A stretch of DNA of 55,293 nt, taken from assembly GCA_947085365.1 (NCBI GenBank), contig CAMTWD010000070.1:1-55293 (forward strand), written 5' to 3'. Below the pieces are notes generated by a model, which was given only the letters and a program-made list of their open reading frames with translations, was not told where the DNA came from and ran no database searches. A program made the translations under genes and the position numbers. Shown one piece after another: positions 33,214 to 42,974 of the stretch; position 1 is the stretch's first letter, and each line of letters starts with the position of its first letter. Source of the stretch: an uncultured Nitrospirota bacterium. Lineage in GTDB: Bacteria > Nitrospirota > Thermodesulfovibrionia > Thermodesulfovibrionales > CALJEL01.

Positions 33214-34729
33214 TCCATCCCTTTATAAGCTGGGCAGCCTTTTGAGGATTCTTCCTTGCCCATTCAAGGATGTCAGGTCTTCTAATACCTTGTAGCTCCA
33301 TAGCCTTCTCAATCTCAGCGACAGTGGCAGGGACCTTCATCTCGACCCTCCTGACGGGAGTTGTAATTGCCTTTATAATCGGCCTTATAACGAAAAGAAA
33401 GAGTAGTATCAATCCAAGAATGGGAAGAGAATATTTCGCAACAGTAATCACTACAGGCACTATCTCCTTTGAGACATCTGGTCTCTCTTCAATCATTATG
33501 GGCTCCTCAGTGAAGGGCATATTGATAACCCTCACATCATCCCCCCTTTCAGCAACGAAACCAACCGCATTCTTTACCATCTCTTCAAATCTCTTCATCT
33601 CCTCCTCTGTCCTCGGGATATATTTCTTCTCCTTTGTTCCCTCTGCCTGGATATAAGTGCCATCCACAAGGGCAACAACTGTAAGCCTCTTTATCTCACC
33701 AGGTGCCACAACTGTATGACTGACGGTCTTGCTTATTTCATAATTAACTGTCTCACTCTTCTTTTCACTGTAAGAGGTTGCAGAAAGGGCTGTCCCGGTC
33801 TTTCCAGGTATATTGGAGGCCACCCCAGGGATACCACCCGGTGCGGTCCTGTTGGTCTTCTCTGTGATCTTCTGTTCACTCCTGGCGACCTGACTCTCTG
33901 GGTCGTATCTCTCCTCTGTCTTCTCGATCTTTGTAAAATCTATCTGTGCAGAGACCTTTGCCCTTACCTTACCCTTACCCACAACAGGCTCCAGTATTGC
34001 CACAACCCTATCCTCAAGGGTCTTCTCAACAGTCTGCTGGAATTCCAGCTGATTCTGGGTAAGGGCAATAAGTTCACCTCTTCCGGGAGAGGAGAGCAAT
34101 GTGCCACTGCTATCCACTACTGTCACATCTTCAGGACTGAGCCCATCCACGCTGCTTGCCACAAGGTGGACGATCCCCTGAATCTGGGACTGGGAGAGCC
34201 TTCTGCCAGGTCTTAATTTTAAAAAGACTGACGCCTTTGGCCTCTCCCCCTCCTTAGCAAAGAGACCTTTTTCAGGGATTGCAAGATGGACCCTGCAGAA
34301 TTCCACCTCCTGAAGACTTCTTATTGTCCTTGCAAGCTCTCCCTGAAGGGCCCTCTGATAATTGAGTCTCTGGACAAAGTCCGTCATGGTAAAGTCTCTT
34401 TTATCAAAGATCTCAAATCCGACCCCTCCTCCCTGTGGCAGACCCAGGGCTGCCAGTTCGAGCCTGAGGCTATAGACCCTGTCAGAAGGAACCATTATCC
34501 CACGGGATGTCACGCGATAAGGAACCCTCATCTCTTTAAGTTTCTGGATTATCTGTCCGCTATCCTCATCAGAAAGGTTTGTATAGAGGACCTGATATTC
34601 CATCTCCCTTGACAAGAAGGCAAAGAGGATGATACCTCCGAGACTCACGGCAAGAACCACAAGAAGGGCTACCTTCTTTTTTGGCTCTAAGGAATTAAAC
34701 CATTCCTGTATCTTCTTAATCATTGCCAA
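33200..34729 (-). CDS. fliF: MS-ring protein FliF
   Basis: 509 aa with LEPKKKVALLVVLAVSLGGI TM segment, EDSGQIIQKLKEMRVPY and RALQGELARTI motifs. Confidence 0.95.
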   Translation of the reverse strand: MAMIKKIQEWFNSLEPKKKVALLVVLAVSLGGIILFAFLSREMEYQVLYTNLSDEDSGQIIQKLKEMRVPYRVTSRGIMVPSDRVYSLRLELAALGLPQGGGVGFEIFDKRDFTMTDFVQRLNYQRALQGELARTIRSLQEVEFCRVHLAIPEKGLFAKEGERPKASVFLKLRPGRRLSQSQIQGIVHLVASSVDGLSPEDVTVVDSSGTLLSSPGRGELIALTQNQLEFQQTVEKTLEDRVVAILEPVVGKGKVRAKVSAQIDFTKIEKTEERYDPESQVARSEQKITEKTNRTAPGGIPGVASNIPGKTGTALSATSYSEKKSETVNYEISKTVSHTVVAPGEIKRLTVVALVDGTYIQAEGTKEKKYIPRTEEEMKRFEEMVKNAVGFVAERGDDVRVINMPFTEEPIMIEERPDVSKEIVPVVITVAKYSLPILGLILLFLFVIRPIIKAITTPVRRVEMKVPATVAEIEKAMELQGIRRPDILEWARKNPQKAAQLIKGWIEER

Positions 34730-34784
34730 CTGTTACCTCGCCACTGGTACTGTTACATCGCCACCAAGACTGTTACCTCGCCAC
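34730..34784 (-). repeat. Three tandem repeat copies with 20-bp period, filling the fliE-fliF intergenic spacer
   Basis: ctgttacctcgccac at 34730, ctgttacatcgccac at 34750 and ctgttacctcgccac at 34770. Confidence 0.9.
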
Positions 34785-34789
34785 TGAAT

Positions 34790-35095
34790 TCAGACCTGCA
34801 TCCTCTGAATCTCTTCATAGGCACTTATAAGCCTGTTACGAACCTCCACCATAAGCTGGAAGGAAAGCTCTGCCTTCTGCATGGCTATAACAGCCTGAGT
34901 AATATCTCCTCCTCGTGCAAGCTCCTTCACAGCCTTCTCAGCATCAGACTGTATCTGCTCAAGTTTTCCTATGGCTTCCCTGAGAAGCAGATCAAAGGAT
35001 CCTTCTGAAACTGCAGAAGGCCTCTGGAGAACTGTTACTTCGCCACTAAGATTGGTATTGATAGAGCTTAGATTATTTATCCTTACCTCAGACAT
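34790..35095 (-). CDS. fliE: FliE
   Basis: C-terminal AVIAMQKAELSFQLMVEVRNRLISAYEEIQRMQV. Confidence 0.85.
   Translation of the reverse strand: MSEVRINNLSSINTNLSGEVTVLQRPSAVSEGSFDLLLREAIGKLEQIQSDAEKAVKELARGGDITQAVIAMQKAELSFQLMVEVRNRLISAYEEIQRMQV
35032..35046 (-). repeat. Repeat copy inside the fliE 5' region
   Basis: ctgttacttcgccac; encodes SGEVTV. Confidence 0.85.
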
Positions 35096-35106
35096 CCTTT
35101 CACCCC

Positions 35107-35520
35107 CTATACCTTTCCAAGTTCAAGGAGCTTCATGAACATATTCTTCGTGGTGTTGAAGGCCGTTATAGAGGCCTCATAGGCCCTGAAGGTCATCAAC
35201 ATATTTACCATCTCCTCAAGGATATCCAGATTGGGAAGCCTGACAAACCCCTTTTCATCAGCATCAGGATGGCTCGGGTCATAGATGATCTTAAAGGGAG
35301 ATTCGTCTCTTATCACCTCTGCCACCCTTACGCCCTGGAGATACTCATTCCCGGGTTCTATCTCCTTTACTTCAAATATCACATCCCTTCTCCTGTAAGG
35401 TTCACCATCGGCAGTTCTTGTGGTATGGAGATTTGCCATATTAGAGACAATAGTATTCATCCTGACCCTCTGTGCCTCAAGAGAAGAAGCGATAACCTCA
35501 AGTATTCTAAAGGTATTCAT
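35107..35520 (-). CDS. flgC: Proximal rod protein FlgC
   Basis: SSLEAQRVRMNTIVSNMANLHTTRT and C-terminal EEMVNMLMTFRAYEASI. Confidence 0.9.
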   Translation of the reverse strand: MNTFRILEVIASSLEAQRVRMNTIVSNMANLHTTRTADGEPYRRRDVIFEVKEIEPGNEYLQGVRVAEVIRDESPFKIIYDPSHPDADEKGFVRLPNLDILEEMVNMLMTFRAYEASITAFNTTKNMFMKLLELGKV

Positions 35521-35888
35521 TATTGCCTCCTCAAGGCATTCTTAAACATCCTTATCTTTGCCGAGAGCATATTAAGTCCTGCCTGATAAAGAAGGGCATT
35601 CTCTGTAAGGGCTGCCATCTCTCTGTCGAGCTCCACATTGTTTCCATCCTTCCATGTCCCATCATCCCTCTCTACAGGAAGGAAACCCTCTTCAATCTTC
35701 ACAGGATTAATGTGCCTTTCTGAGGTAAGGCGAAGCTCCAGCATCGATCTTTCAAGGAGATCATCAAAGGAGATATCCTTTGCCCTGTAGCCAGGGGTGT
35801 CAACATTAGCAATATTGGAGGTTATTACATTATGCCTGAGACCTGTAAATCTCAAAAGGTTCTCGAGTATCCTGAATCCATCACCCAT
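35520..35888 (-). CDS. flgB: Proximal rod protein FlgB
   Basis: LRHNVITSNIANVDTPGYRAKD motif. Confidence 0.9.
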   Translation of the reverse strand: MGDGFRILENLLRFTGLRHNVITSNIANVDTPGYRAKDISFDDLLERSMLELRLTSERHINPVKIEEGFLPVERDDGTWKDGNNVELDREMAALTENALLYQAGLNMLSAKIRMFKNALRRQ

Positions 35889-35935
35889 TTATACCATCAC
35901 CTCCCTGTTGCCTCACACCACCAACTCCATACATT

Positions 35936-35950
35936 CCAATTTTCGTGCCA
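35936..35950 (-). promoter_or_regulatory. sigma54-type promoter upstream of flgB (TGGCACgaaaaTTGG)
   Basis: Minus strand reads CTGGCACGAAAATTGGAA, 62 nt upstream of the flgB ATG. A GGGAGGTGA SD follows. Confidence 0.5.
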
Positions 35951-35989
35951 GAAAGATTCATTAGAATTCCTGGCATCTTAATATCCCTT

Positions 35990-37297
35990 TCACCGGGAAA
36001 TCCTTTCCTCATAAGGAAATTCCTGCCTGTATTGGTTTAATTTGTTCCTGATAGTCCTCACACTCACTCCGAGGATCTTTGCTGCCAGTGTCTTATTCCC
36101 TCCTGTCTCCTCTAAGGTCCTGAGGATCAATTCCCGCTCTATCTCCCTGATCCTCCCTAGCTTCGGGTATTGTATTGAATCCTCAAGCATGAGGTCTCCT
36201 GGCTCGATAACCTCCCTGTTACAGAGGAATACCGCCCTCTGAATCACATTCTCCAGCTCCCTCACATTTCCCCTCCAGGGTCTCTTAAGAAGGATCTCCA
36301 TAGCCTCTTCAGAAAATCCCCTTATATCCTTTCCTACCTCACGGGAAAACCTCTCAAGGAATCTTTTACTTAAGAGCTGGATATCCTCAGGTCTTTCTCT
36401 CAAGGGTGGTAGTTTTATGGGAAAGACATTGAGTCTGTAATAGAGATCCTCCCTGAATCTCCCCTCCCTTATCTCAGAGGGTAGATCCCTGTTTGTGGTG
36501 GCAATAACCCTTACATCAATACTTATTGACCTCGTAGAACCAAGCCTCTCTATGGATCTCTCCTGAAGAACCCTCAGAAGCTTTGCCTGAAGGTGAAGGG
36601 GCATCTCACCAATCTCATCCAGAAGAAGGACCCCGCCATGGGCAAGTTCGAATCTGCCCTTTTTCGTCTCATGAGCACCTGTGAAGGCACCCTTCTCATA
36701 ACCGAAGAGTTCTGATTCAAGGAGATTTTCTGGAATGGCTGCACAATTAACCGCAACGAAAGGTCCATGAGCCCTTTTACTCCTTCTGTAAATATACCTG
36801 GCAAGGAGCTCCTTTCCTGTCCCACTCTCACCAGTAATAAGGACAGTGATATCGCTCATGGCAAGATGATCCGCTATGGTGAGTATCCTCTTCATCTCTG
36901 GATTTGCTGTTATAATCTCCTCTTCATGAAAGCCCTTTCCCTCAAGTACTGACTCTATTGCCCTTTTAAGGATTTCGATAGAAAAGGGCTTCATTATATA
37001 ATCGGTGGCACCACTCTTCATGGCATTCACTGCATTCTCCACTGTTGCATATCCTGTAATGACGAGCACAGGGATCGCCCCAGCAATCCTTCTTATCTCC
37101 CTTATCAGGGCAATCCCATCCATACCTGGCATCTTCATATCTGTAATCACTAAGGAATAGCCCTTCTCCTTCAATCTCCTGAGGGCAGATGCCCCTGATT
37201 CCACCACATCTGCAGAATAACCAAGACTCTTCACAGCCTCCCTCAGGGCAATCCTCATCTGGCTGTCGTCATCCACTATCAGAATAGGGGCCTTCAT
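35990..37297 (-). CDS. sigma54-dependent response regulator (NtrC family; FleR/FlrC/FlgR-like)
   Basis: Receiver domain (ILIVDDD...ITDMKMPGMDG), AAA+ domain ([14 protein letters not shown]) and C-terminal Fis-type HTH. Confidence 0.9.
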   Translation of the reverse strand: MKAPILIVDDDSQMRIALREAVKSLGYSADVVESGASALRRLKEKGYSLVITDMKMPGMDGIALIREIRRIAGAIPVLVITGYATVENAVNAMKSGATDYIMKPFSIEILKRAIESVLEGKGFHEEEIITANPEMKRILTIADHLAMSDITVLITGESGTGKELLARYIYRRSKRAHGPFVAVNCAAIPENLLESELFGYEKGAFTGAHETKKGRFELAHGGVLLLDEIGEMPLHLQAKLLRVLQERSIERLGSTRSISIDVRVIATTNRDLPSEIREGRFREDLYYRLNVFPIKLPPLRERPEDIQLLSKRFLERFSREVGKDIRGFSEEAMEILLKRPWRGNVRELENVIQRAVFLCNREVIEPGDLMLEDSIQYPKLGRIREIERELILRTLEETGGNKTLAAKILGVSVRTIRNKLNQYRQEFPYEERISR

Positions 37298-38508
37298 GAG
37301 GTCATCTCCTTTAGTGGCGAAGTAACAGTTGGTGGCGAGGTAACAGTTACTCCCTGGGAGACCTCATCACTGAGAAGGGATGGGATAGAGAGGATAAAGG
37401 TGGTTCCCTCACCAGGTCTGCTCTCCACATTTATAAATCCACCGTGAGCCTGGACTATCCTTGCTGTAATGGTAAGACCGAGACCTGTGCCAGTAGGTTT
37501 TGTTGTAAAGAATGGATCAAATATCCTATCAATAATCTCAGGTTCAATACCTGTACCGGTATCCTTGATGATAAAGGAGGTATATCCACCATCCTCTTTG
37601 AGATCAACGCTTATATTCCCACCCTCAGGCATTGCCTGGATAGCATTTATAAAGAGGTTCAGGAGGGCCTGCCTCAGGAGATCACCGTCAGCCATGAGAA
37701 GAGGATCTTTATCGGTCACATCTATCTGGACATTGCTGGATCTCAAGATTGGGTCGATGATCTCCAGGACGGACCTAAGCAGGTCTCTGAAGGTGATGGG
37801 CTTAAGGTTTACCCTCTCAGGTCTTGCAAAGATTAGGATATTCGTTAAGATATTATTTAGTGTTCTTATCCCTGATGTGATACCCCTTGAAAGATCCTTC
37901 CCTTTTTCGCTCAGTATCTCATGCTCCAGCATAGTGGCAAAAAGTTCGATACTGCAAAGGGGATTCCTTATCTCGTGGACTATCCTTGCGGCCATCTCAC
38001 CCATGGCTATCAACCTCTGATTCCTTTCATGTTGCATCTCCAGTTCTCTGAGCCTTGTAATATCTTTTATGATGATGACCTCTCCGATGAGATCTCCATC
38101 GCTCACAACAGGTGCACTGGAAAGGATAATGTTCCGCCTCTTCCCATTTGAATAAAGGACAGCCTCTGGACCTTCCCGGTTTATAGAGAAATCCATCTCC
38201 GAAAGACCTCTGCCAAGGACCTCCTCAGCCCTCACACCAAAGAGTTCTTCAGCGGAATGATTAATCATTATTATCCTCTCCTGAGGATCTATCACGACCA
38301 TCGCCTCTTCCATGCTCTGGATAATGGCATTAAGAAAGTCCCTATTTCGCTCCACCTCCTTCAGGGCAGACTCAAGGGCAGAGTTTTTCTTCTGGACCTC
38401 CTCTGTAAGAGACCTTATCTTCTCCTGAAGAGATGCATAATAGGACTCAAGACTCTTTGATGCCTTTGTAAAGTTATCAAAGGCCTCATTGAGAAGCTTC
38501 AGATCCAT
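37294..38508 (-). CDS. Sensor histidine kinase (PAS-HisKA-HATPase; FleS/FlrB/FlgS-like)
   Basis: H-box HEIRNPL, N/G boxes ([21 protein letters not shown]). The C-terminal tail TVTSPPTVTSPL is encoded by two repeat copies. Confidence 0.9.
   Translation of the reverse strand: MDLKLLNEAFDNFTKASKSLESYYASLQEKIRSLTEEVQKKNSALESALKEVERNRDFLNAIIQSMEEAMVVIDPQERIIMINHSAEELFGVRAEEVLGRGLSEMDFSINREGPEAVLYSNGKRRNIILSSAPVVSDGDLIGEVIIIKDITRLRELEMQHERNQRLIAMGEMAARIVHEIRNPLCSIELFATMLEHEILSEKGKDLSRGITSGIRTLNNILTNILIFARPERVNLKPITFRDLLRSVLEIIDPILRSSNVQIDVTDKDPLLMADGDLLRQALLNLFINAIQAMPEGGNISVDLKEDGGYTSFIIKDTGTGIEPEIIDRIFDPFFTTKPTGTGLGLTITARIVQAHGGFINVESRPGEGTTFILSIPSLLSDEVSQGVTVTSPPTVTSPLKEMTS
37314..37346 (+). 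repeat. Two repeat copies 18 bp apart forming the C-terminal tail of the kinase
   Basis: gtggcgaagtaacag at 37314 and gtggcgaggtaacag at 37332. Confidence 0.85.
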
Positions 38509-40534
38509 AGAGATCCTCCTTAAGCCTCTTCAATAATAGGGTCTCCTCAGCAAGGAGGCCAGTAAGGTTCGTAGAAAAAGGTGCTGTCTTATTCCCTGAA
38601 TCCTCTCCTGTGATTACAGAAACCCTATAGATTGTCCAGTCCATCTCCTGGGGTGTAAGTTCTCTCTTCTTCTCATCGGAGAGGGCAATCCTGTAATATT
38701 TCAAGGCGTCATCCCTTTTCCCTCTTTCGTAAAGAAGGTCTGCAAGCCTCACATAGGAGGATGCATCAGCACCATATTTATCTATGAGCCTCTTTAAAAG
38801 TTCTATGACCCTTCCTTCCTTTGTATAAAGGGAGATGGTCATGAGGGTGGGGATATCCTCTTGCTTCAATTCCTTTATCTTAATAAGGTGATCAAGTCCC
38901 TTCTTATAATCACCCCTTTTTACCAATGTCATGGCATATGTCCTCTGCTCGCGGTCTGTTAAGGGTATGATGTTACTGATCATGGTAAAGGCCTTCTCAA
39001 CATCACCAATGGAGAGATAAAACTGGGCCATCAAAAAAGAGGCTCTCCTCTTTTCTTCTCCTTTAGTCTTTCTGAAAAGCCATGAGGAGAGTTCAAAAAA
39101 TTCCTTTTTAGATTCCCCCATGAGTTCTGCAACCCTGAAGAGAAAATCTGTATTTGAGGGGTCAAGGAATAATCTTGAAAAGTCCCTCCATATAGTGATG
39201 AATTCCTCTCTATTACTTCTGCCTGCCTCAAGGAGCGTATCCTTCAGAAACCTCATCGCCTCCTGAGAAGGGTCTCTTTTTAATATCAGTGGCAGGAGGG
39301 TACGGGCAGACTCCCTAAGCTTATTCCCTTTTCTGTAAATCTCTGCCTGCAATAGAAGTGCCCTCTCGTAATCCTCTCCGTAGGGATATAGGGATCTCAG
39401 TGCAATGAGCCTCTTCATTGCCTCATCAGATCTGCCAAGTCTTATGAGTGATTCGGCACTCATAAGAAGTGCCTTCTGCCTTAGAGATGGCCCAACTGCA
39501 GGAACTGTTACCTCGCCACTGGCAACTGTTACCTCGCCACTAAGTGTTGAGTGAAGGATCTGTTCAAAGTATTTCAGGGCCTCCTGAGGTCTGTTCCTTT
39601 TTAATTCCAGTATCCCGAGATCCAGATAGGCCCTGTATCTCAGGGGAGCCTCTTTTACTGATGTAAGATACCTTATTGCCTCTTCATATCGACCCAGGGC
39701 CAGCCTATTCTCCCCTATATAAAGCCTTGTCTCTGGAGAGGTCTTTATAAATCCCGTATCCCTGAGGAGCAGATCAATATAAAGCTTATTTGCCTCTGAG
39801 ATCCTTCCCATGAGATGAAGGGTATTTGCCTTTCCAAACTGCACTGCCATGGAATCCCCTGCCATCTCATAATATTTGAGGGCCTCCTGATAAAGACCCT
39901 GTGCCCTGAGGGATTCAGCAATACCATAGAAGGCCTCTCTTTTATACTGAGATTCGGGAAAGAGCCTCAACAAAAGCCTGTAGGCCACAGTTGCCTCAGG
40001 ATAAAACCTCATTCGGGCATAAAGATCTGCCCTTTTAAAATGCGCCTCTTCCTTTATCCGTCCAGTTCCATAGGAGACTGCCCTTTGAAGATGCTCAAAG
40101 GCCTCATAATACCTGTTAAGGCCTATTAGAACCTTGGCATAAAGGAGATGGTATAGACCCCTCTCTTCTGCAATGGGCCTTACAGATTGAAGAAGGCTGA
40201 GGCCCTTCCTTAATTCACCAGATTTTATAAGCTCGGAAACCTTAGTAAGATCCTCACTTTGTGGCGAACTACCACCACCCTTCGTGGCAAAGGAAAGGTG
40301 CTGAAGTAAAGAAAAGAGAAAGAACAGAATAAAGAGGAGGGTCTTCCACCCTCTGCACTGAGTGACGAAGTAACGCTTCAAGCCTCCTGAGAGCCTCATG
40401 CCAGAGAAAAAGCAATAAATATGCCAGAATAGAACTACTTGATTAGTAAAGGTTTTTCTGGAAGGTGTCACTTTAATGACATGGGTGGCAAAGTAACAGT
40501 AGGGGGTCTCACAGGGGGGAACGACGGGTCGCAC
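38486..40534 (-). CDS. TPR-repeat protein
   Basis: Many TPR-like AxxYY/ALKYY repeats. The probable start is the Met at 40399 (MRLSGG...), followed by a TM segment; the upstream extension is repeat-derived. Confidence 0.75.
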   Translation of the reverse strand: MRPVVPPCETPYCYFATHVIKVTPSRKTFTNQVVLFWHIYCFFSGMRLSGGLKRYFVTQCRGWKTLLFILFFLFSLLQHLSFATKGGGSSPQSEDLTKVSELIKSGELRKGLSLLQSVRPIAEERGLYHLLYAKVLIGLNRYYEAFEHLQRAVSYGTGRIKEEAHFKRADLYARMRFYPEATVAYRLLLRLFPESQYKREAFYGIAESLRAQGLYQEALKYYEMAGDSMAVQFGKANTLHLMGRISEANKLYIDLLLRDTGFIKTSPETRLYIGENRLALGRYEEAIRYLTSVKEAPLRYRAYLDLGILELKRNRPQEALKYFEQILHSTLSGEVTVASGEVTVPAVGPSLRQKALLMSAESLIRLGRSDEAMKRLIALRSLYPYGEDYERALLLQAEIYRKGNKLRESARTLLPLILKRDPSQEAMRFLKDTLLEAGRSNREEFITIWRDFSRLFLDPSNTDFLFRVAELMGESKKEFFELSSWLFRKTKGEEKRRASFLMAQFYLSIGDVEKAFTMISNIIPLTDREQRTYAMTLVKRGDYKKGLDHLIKIKELKQEDIPTLMTISLYTKEGRVIELLKRLIDKYGADASSYVRLADLLYERGKRDDALKYYRIALSDEKKRELTPQEMDWTIYRVSVITGEDSGNKTAPFSTNLTGLLAEETLLLKRLKEDLYGSEASQ
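39505..39540 (-). repeat. Two repeat copies 21 bp apart inside the TPR gene
   Basis: ctgttacctcgccac at 39505 and 39526; encode SGEVTVASGEVTV. Confidence 0.85.
40362..40376 (+). repeat. Degenerate repeat copy
   Basis: gtgacgaagtaacgc. Confidence 0.5.
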
Positions 40535-40560
40535 AGGGGGAAACTTTGTTTCCCCCTGTG
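40485..40560. repeat. Composite repeat: core variant, inverted GAGACCCCC half, 13-bp-stem hairpin
   Basis: gtggcaaagtaacag at 40485-40499, then agggggtctcacagggggg. Hairpin cacagggggaaac-ttt-gtttccccctgtg at 40532-40560, just after the stop of the upstream regulator gene. Confidence 0.85.
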
Positions 40561-40577
40561 TACCCCCAACAGTGGGG

Positions 40578-42125
40578 TTAACTGATACCCAATCTCTTCA
40601 TCTTCTCAATGAGGGTGGTCCTGTTTATGCCAAGAAGTGCCGCTGCCTTTGACCTCACACCACCTGCCTTCCGGAGGGCATTGAGTATGAGGTTCCTCTC
40701 TGTTTCCTCAAGAACCTTCGCCAGATCGATCCCTCCTTCAGGTATATCCTCCAGGGTTGGTGGCGAAGTAACAGTGCTCAGTGGCGAAGTAACAGTAGGA
40801 AGTCCCTTATCCACCCCTTCTCTCTTCAGGAATCTCTCAGGAAGGTCATCGGGCATCACAACCTCATGAGAGACCAATATCGTCAATCTCTCCACGAGGT
40901 TTTCCAGCTCCCTGACATTTCCTGGCCAGTCATATCTCATTAGTACAGCCAGTGCCTCCTCTGAAAATCTGAGAGGCTTACCCTTTCTCTTCCTCTGAAA
41001 CCTTTTCAAAAAATGATCTAAAAGGAGTGGAATGTCCTCCCTCCTCTCTCTTAGTGGAGGAAGATGGATAGGGATAACATTCAACCTCCAGTAAAGGTCT
41101 TCCCTGAACTTACCCTCTCTTACAGCCTCTTCAAGATTCCGGTTTGTTGCTGCAATTATCCTCACATCCACCTTTATGGTCTTCACACCACCAACCCTCT
41201 CGAATTCCCTCTCCTGTAAAACCCTCAGGAGTTTCACCTGAAGGGATGGATCGAGTTCTCCTATCTCATCAAGAAAGAGTGTCCCCTTATTTGCAAGCTC
41301 AAACCTCCCTATCCTTGTATTAACAGCTCCTGTAAAGGCACCCCTTTCGTGTCCAAAGAGCTCTGACTCGAGGAGGTCCCTCGGGATGGCTGCACAATTT
41401 ATCGGCACAAAGGGGCCTTCAGCCCTTGAGCTGTTGTAGTGTATGGTCTTTGCCACAAGCTCCTTGCCCGTCCCACTCTCACCAGTGATGAGGATCGTGC
41501 TGTCTGTATCGGCTATCTTCTCAATCAGATCGTAAATCCTCTGCATCTTAATGGAATCTCCCACGAGGACTGAAAAGTGATATCTCTGTCTCAACTGCCC
41601 TTTCAGGGCAATATTCTCCCTCTCAAGTCGTGAAACCTCGAGGGCCTTCTCGATAATCAATTGGAGTTCCTCAAGGTTAAATGGTTTAGTAATATAATCA
41701 AAGGCGCCGAGTTTCATAGAAAGCACGGCATTCTGTATCGTTCCATAGGCTGTCATAATGATAACAGGCACCTTTATCCTTCTTGAATTAAGTTCCTTCA
41801 ATATCTCAATACCTCCAACCCTTGGAATCACGAGGTCTATGATGGCAAGGTCAAATCTCTCAGATATCAATAATTCAAGACCTGATTCACCAGAATCAGA
41901 AAGGGTAACCTCGTAACCCTTTTCACTCAGAAAGGTTTTCAACACATCCAGCACAGTGGGGTCATCATCGATAACAAGTATCTTTGCCATATAACTATTG
42001 TAGTGCCCTTTATTCCTTAAGTCAATATTTTGACAACTCTTAATTAAAGTTTTACCCTTGCCATCCGAATTAAAAATAGGAGCCTTCTGTAGTGGAGGTG
42101 TTGGTATGACCATATCTCCCTTCAA
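40578..42125 (-). CDS. sigma54-dependent transcriptional activator with receiver domain (NtrC family; FleQ/FlrA-like candidate)
   Basis: Receiver (KILVIDDD), AAA+ ([14 protein letters not shown]) and Fis HTH. The probable start is the Met at 41990 ([10 protein letters not shown]). The linker carries [13 protein letters not shown] from two repeat copies. Confidence 0.9.
   Translation of the reverse strand: MKGDMVIPTPPLQKAPIFNSDGKGKTLIKSCQNIDLRNKGHYNSYMAKILVIDDDPTVLDVLKTFLSEKGYEVTLSDSGESGLELLISERFDLAIIDLVIPRVGGIEILKELNSRRIKVPVIIMTAYGTIQNAVLSMKLGAFDYITKPFNLEELQLIIEKALEVSRLERENIALKGQLRQRYHFSVLVGDSIKMQRIYDLIEKIADTDSTILITGESGTGKELVAKTIHYNSSRAEGPFVPINCAAIPRDLLESELFGHERGAFTGAVNTRIGRFELANKGTLFLDEIGELDPSLQVKLLRVLQEREFERVGGVKTIKVDVRIIAATNRNLEEAVREGKFREDLYWRLNVIPIHLPPLRERREDIPLLLDHFLKRFQRKRKGKPLRFSEEALAVLMRYDWPGNVRELENLVERLTILVSHEVVMPDDLPERFLKREGVDKGLPTVTSPLSTVTSPPTLEDIPEGGIDLAKVLEETERNLILNALRKAGGVRSKAAALLGINRTTLIEKMKRLGIS
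40760..40795 (+). repeat. Two repeat copies 21 bp apart in the AAA+-to-HTH linker of the activator
   Basis: gtggcgaagtaacag at 40760 and 40781. Confidence 0.9.
42045..42071 (+). promoter_or_regulatory. Weak sigma28-like promoter candidate (TAAA-N15-TCCGAATT)
   Basis: TAAA and the 15-nt spacing are exact; the -10 matches only 4 of 8 positions. Confidence 0.2.
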
Positions 42126-42384
42126 GATTTATGAGCTGATGCACCTCTACGACCGCATCTCTAAAGTAAGGAATCCCGGCACCGTTACCTCGCCACTAAG
42201 GGAAGGGCCAGTTGGTGGCGAAGTAACAGTTCCTAGTGGCGAAGTACCAGTTGAGAAGACCATCTTCTGGGGTGGCACCGAGATGGAGGAACCAAAGGAT
42301 GTGGTCCACATCTCCTCAGAAGCAAAAAGGAGACAGATTATTGAGGAGACAAAAAAGGAGGTCCTCGAAAAGATAAGAGAGTGA
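42106..42384 (+). CDS. Small protein with a FlgM-like DVVHISSEAK motif
   Basis: ATG at 42106 with a GGAGGTG SD 5 nt upstream. The C-terminal DVVHISSEAKRRQIIEE resembles DRVEISSEARMAARL of flgM. The middle is made of three repeat copies. Confidence 0.4.
   Translation: MTISPFKIYELMHLYDRISKVRNPGTVTSPLREGPVGGEVTVPSGEVPVEKTIFWGGTEMEEPKDVVHISSEAKRRQIIEETKKEVLEKIRE
42182..42250. repeat. Three repeat copies (one inverted, then two direct 21 bp apart)
   Basis: ccgttacctcgccac at 42182, gtggcgaagtaacag at 42215 and gtggcgaagtaccag at 42236. Confidence 0.85.
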
Positions 42385-42385
42385 T

Positions 42386-42958
42386 GTGAAAAGGGAAGAA
42401 TTCAGGATACTTATTGCTGATGATGACGAGATAGCAAGAGATGTCCTCAGCGAGATTCTTAAGAAAGAAGGTTTCCCTGTAAGCACTGCAAAGGATGGAC
42501 TTGAGGCAATAGGTCTTCTCAGGACCGAGGAGTTCAGTCTCGTCATTACAGACCTCAGGATGCCCGGTGCAGATGGAATGGAGGTCCTCAGGTATGCTGC
42601 CAGAAACAGTCCCCAGAGCATGGTGGTGATACTTACTGCCTATGGCACAATTGATATAGCCCTTGAGGCTATAAAAGAAGGTGCCTATGACTACCTTGCA
42701 AAACCCTTCAAGGTGGAGGAGATAGTCTTCCTGGCATTAAAGGCCTTTGAAAGGGCCCAGCTCCTTGAGGAGTTGAAGGAATTGAGAGGTATCCTGAGGG
42801 AGACATTCCGGGATATGAAGGTGATAAACAATATATCAAAGGGTGAACCAAGGATGATAACAGACTGGATAGAAAGGATAGAGAGGCTCAAGGAGAAGGA
42901 TATACTCACTCAGCAAGAGGCTGAGATACTGAAAAAGAGGTTGGTGATGGGAGATTGA
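42386..42958 (+). CDS. CheY-like response regulator with a C-terminal helical extension
   Basis: GTG start; RILIADDDEIARD...ITDLRMPGADG...LAKPF. Confidence 0.85.
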   Translation: MKREEFRILIADDDEIARDVLSEILKKEGFPVSTAKDGLEAIGLLRTEEFSLVITDLRMPGADGMEVLRYAARNSPQSMVVILTAYGTIDIALEAIKEGAYDYLAKPFKVEEIVFLALKAFERAQLLEELKELRGILRETFRDMKVINNISKGEPRMITDWIERIERLKEKDILTQQEAEILKKRLVMGD

Positions 42959-42974
42959 GAAGGCCAGAATCCTC

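Noticed and set aside
40400-40534. N-terminal extension of the TPR ORF (PYCYFATH..., KRYFVTQ)
   Set aside because: It is composed of repeat and hairpin modules. The Met at 40399, followed by a hydrophobic segment, is a more plausible start, though a repeat-encoded extension cannot be excluded.
41991-42125. 45-codon N-terminal extension of the sigma54 activator ORF
   Set aside because: Receiver domains start at [10 protein letters not shown] (Met at 41990). The extension has no domain content.
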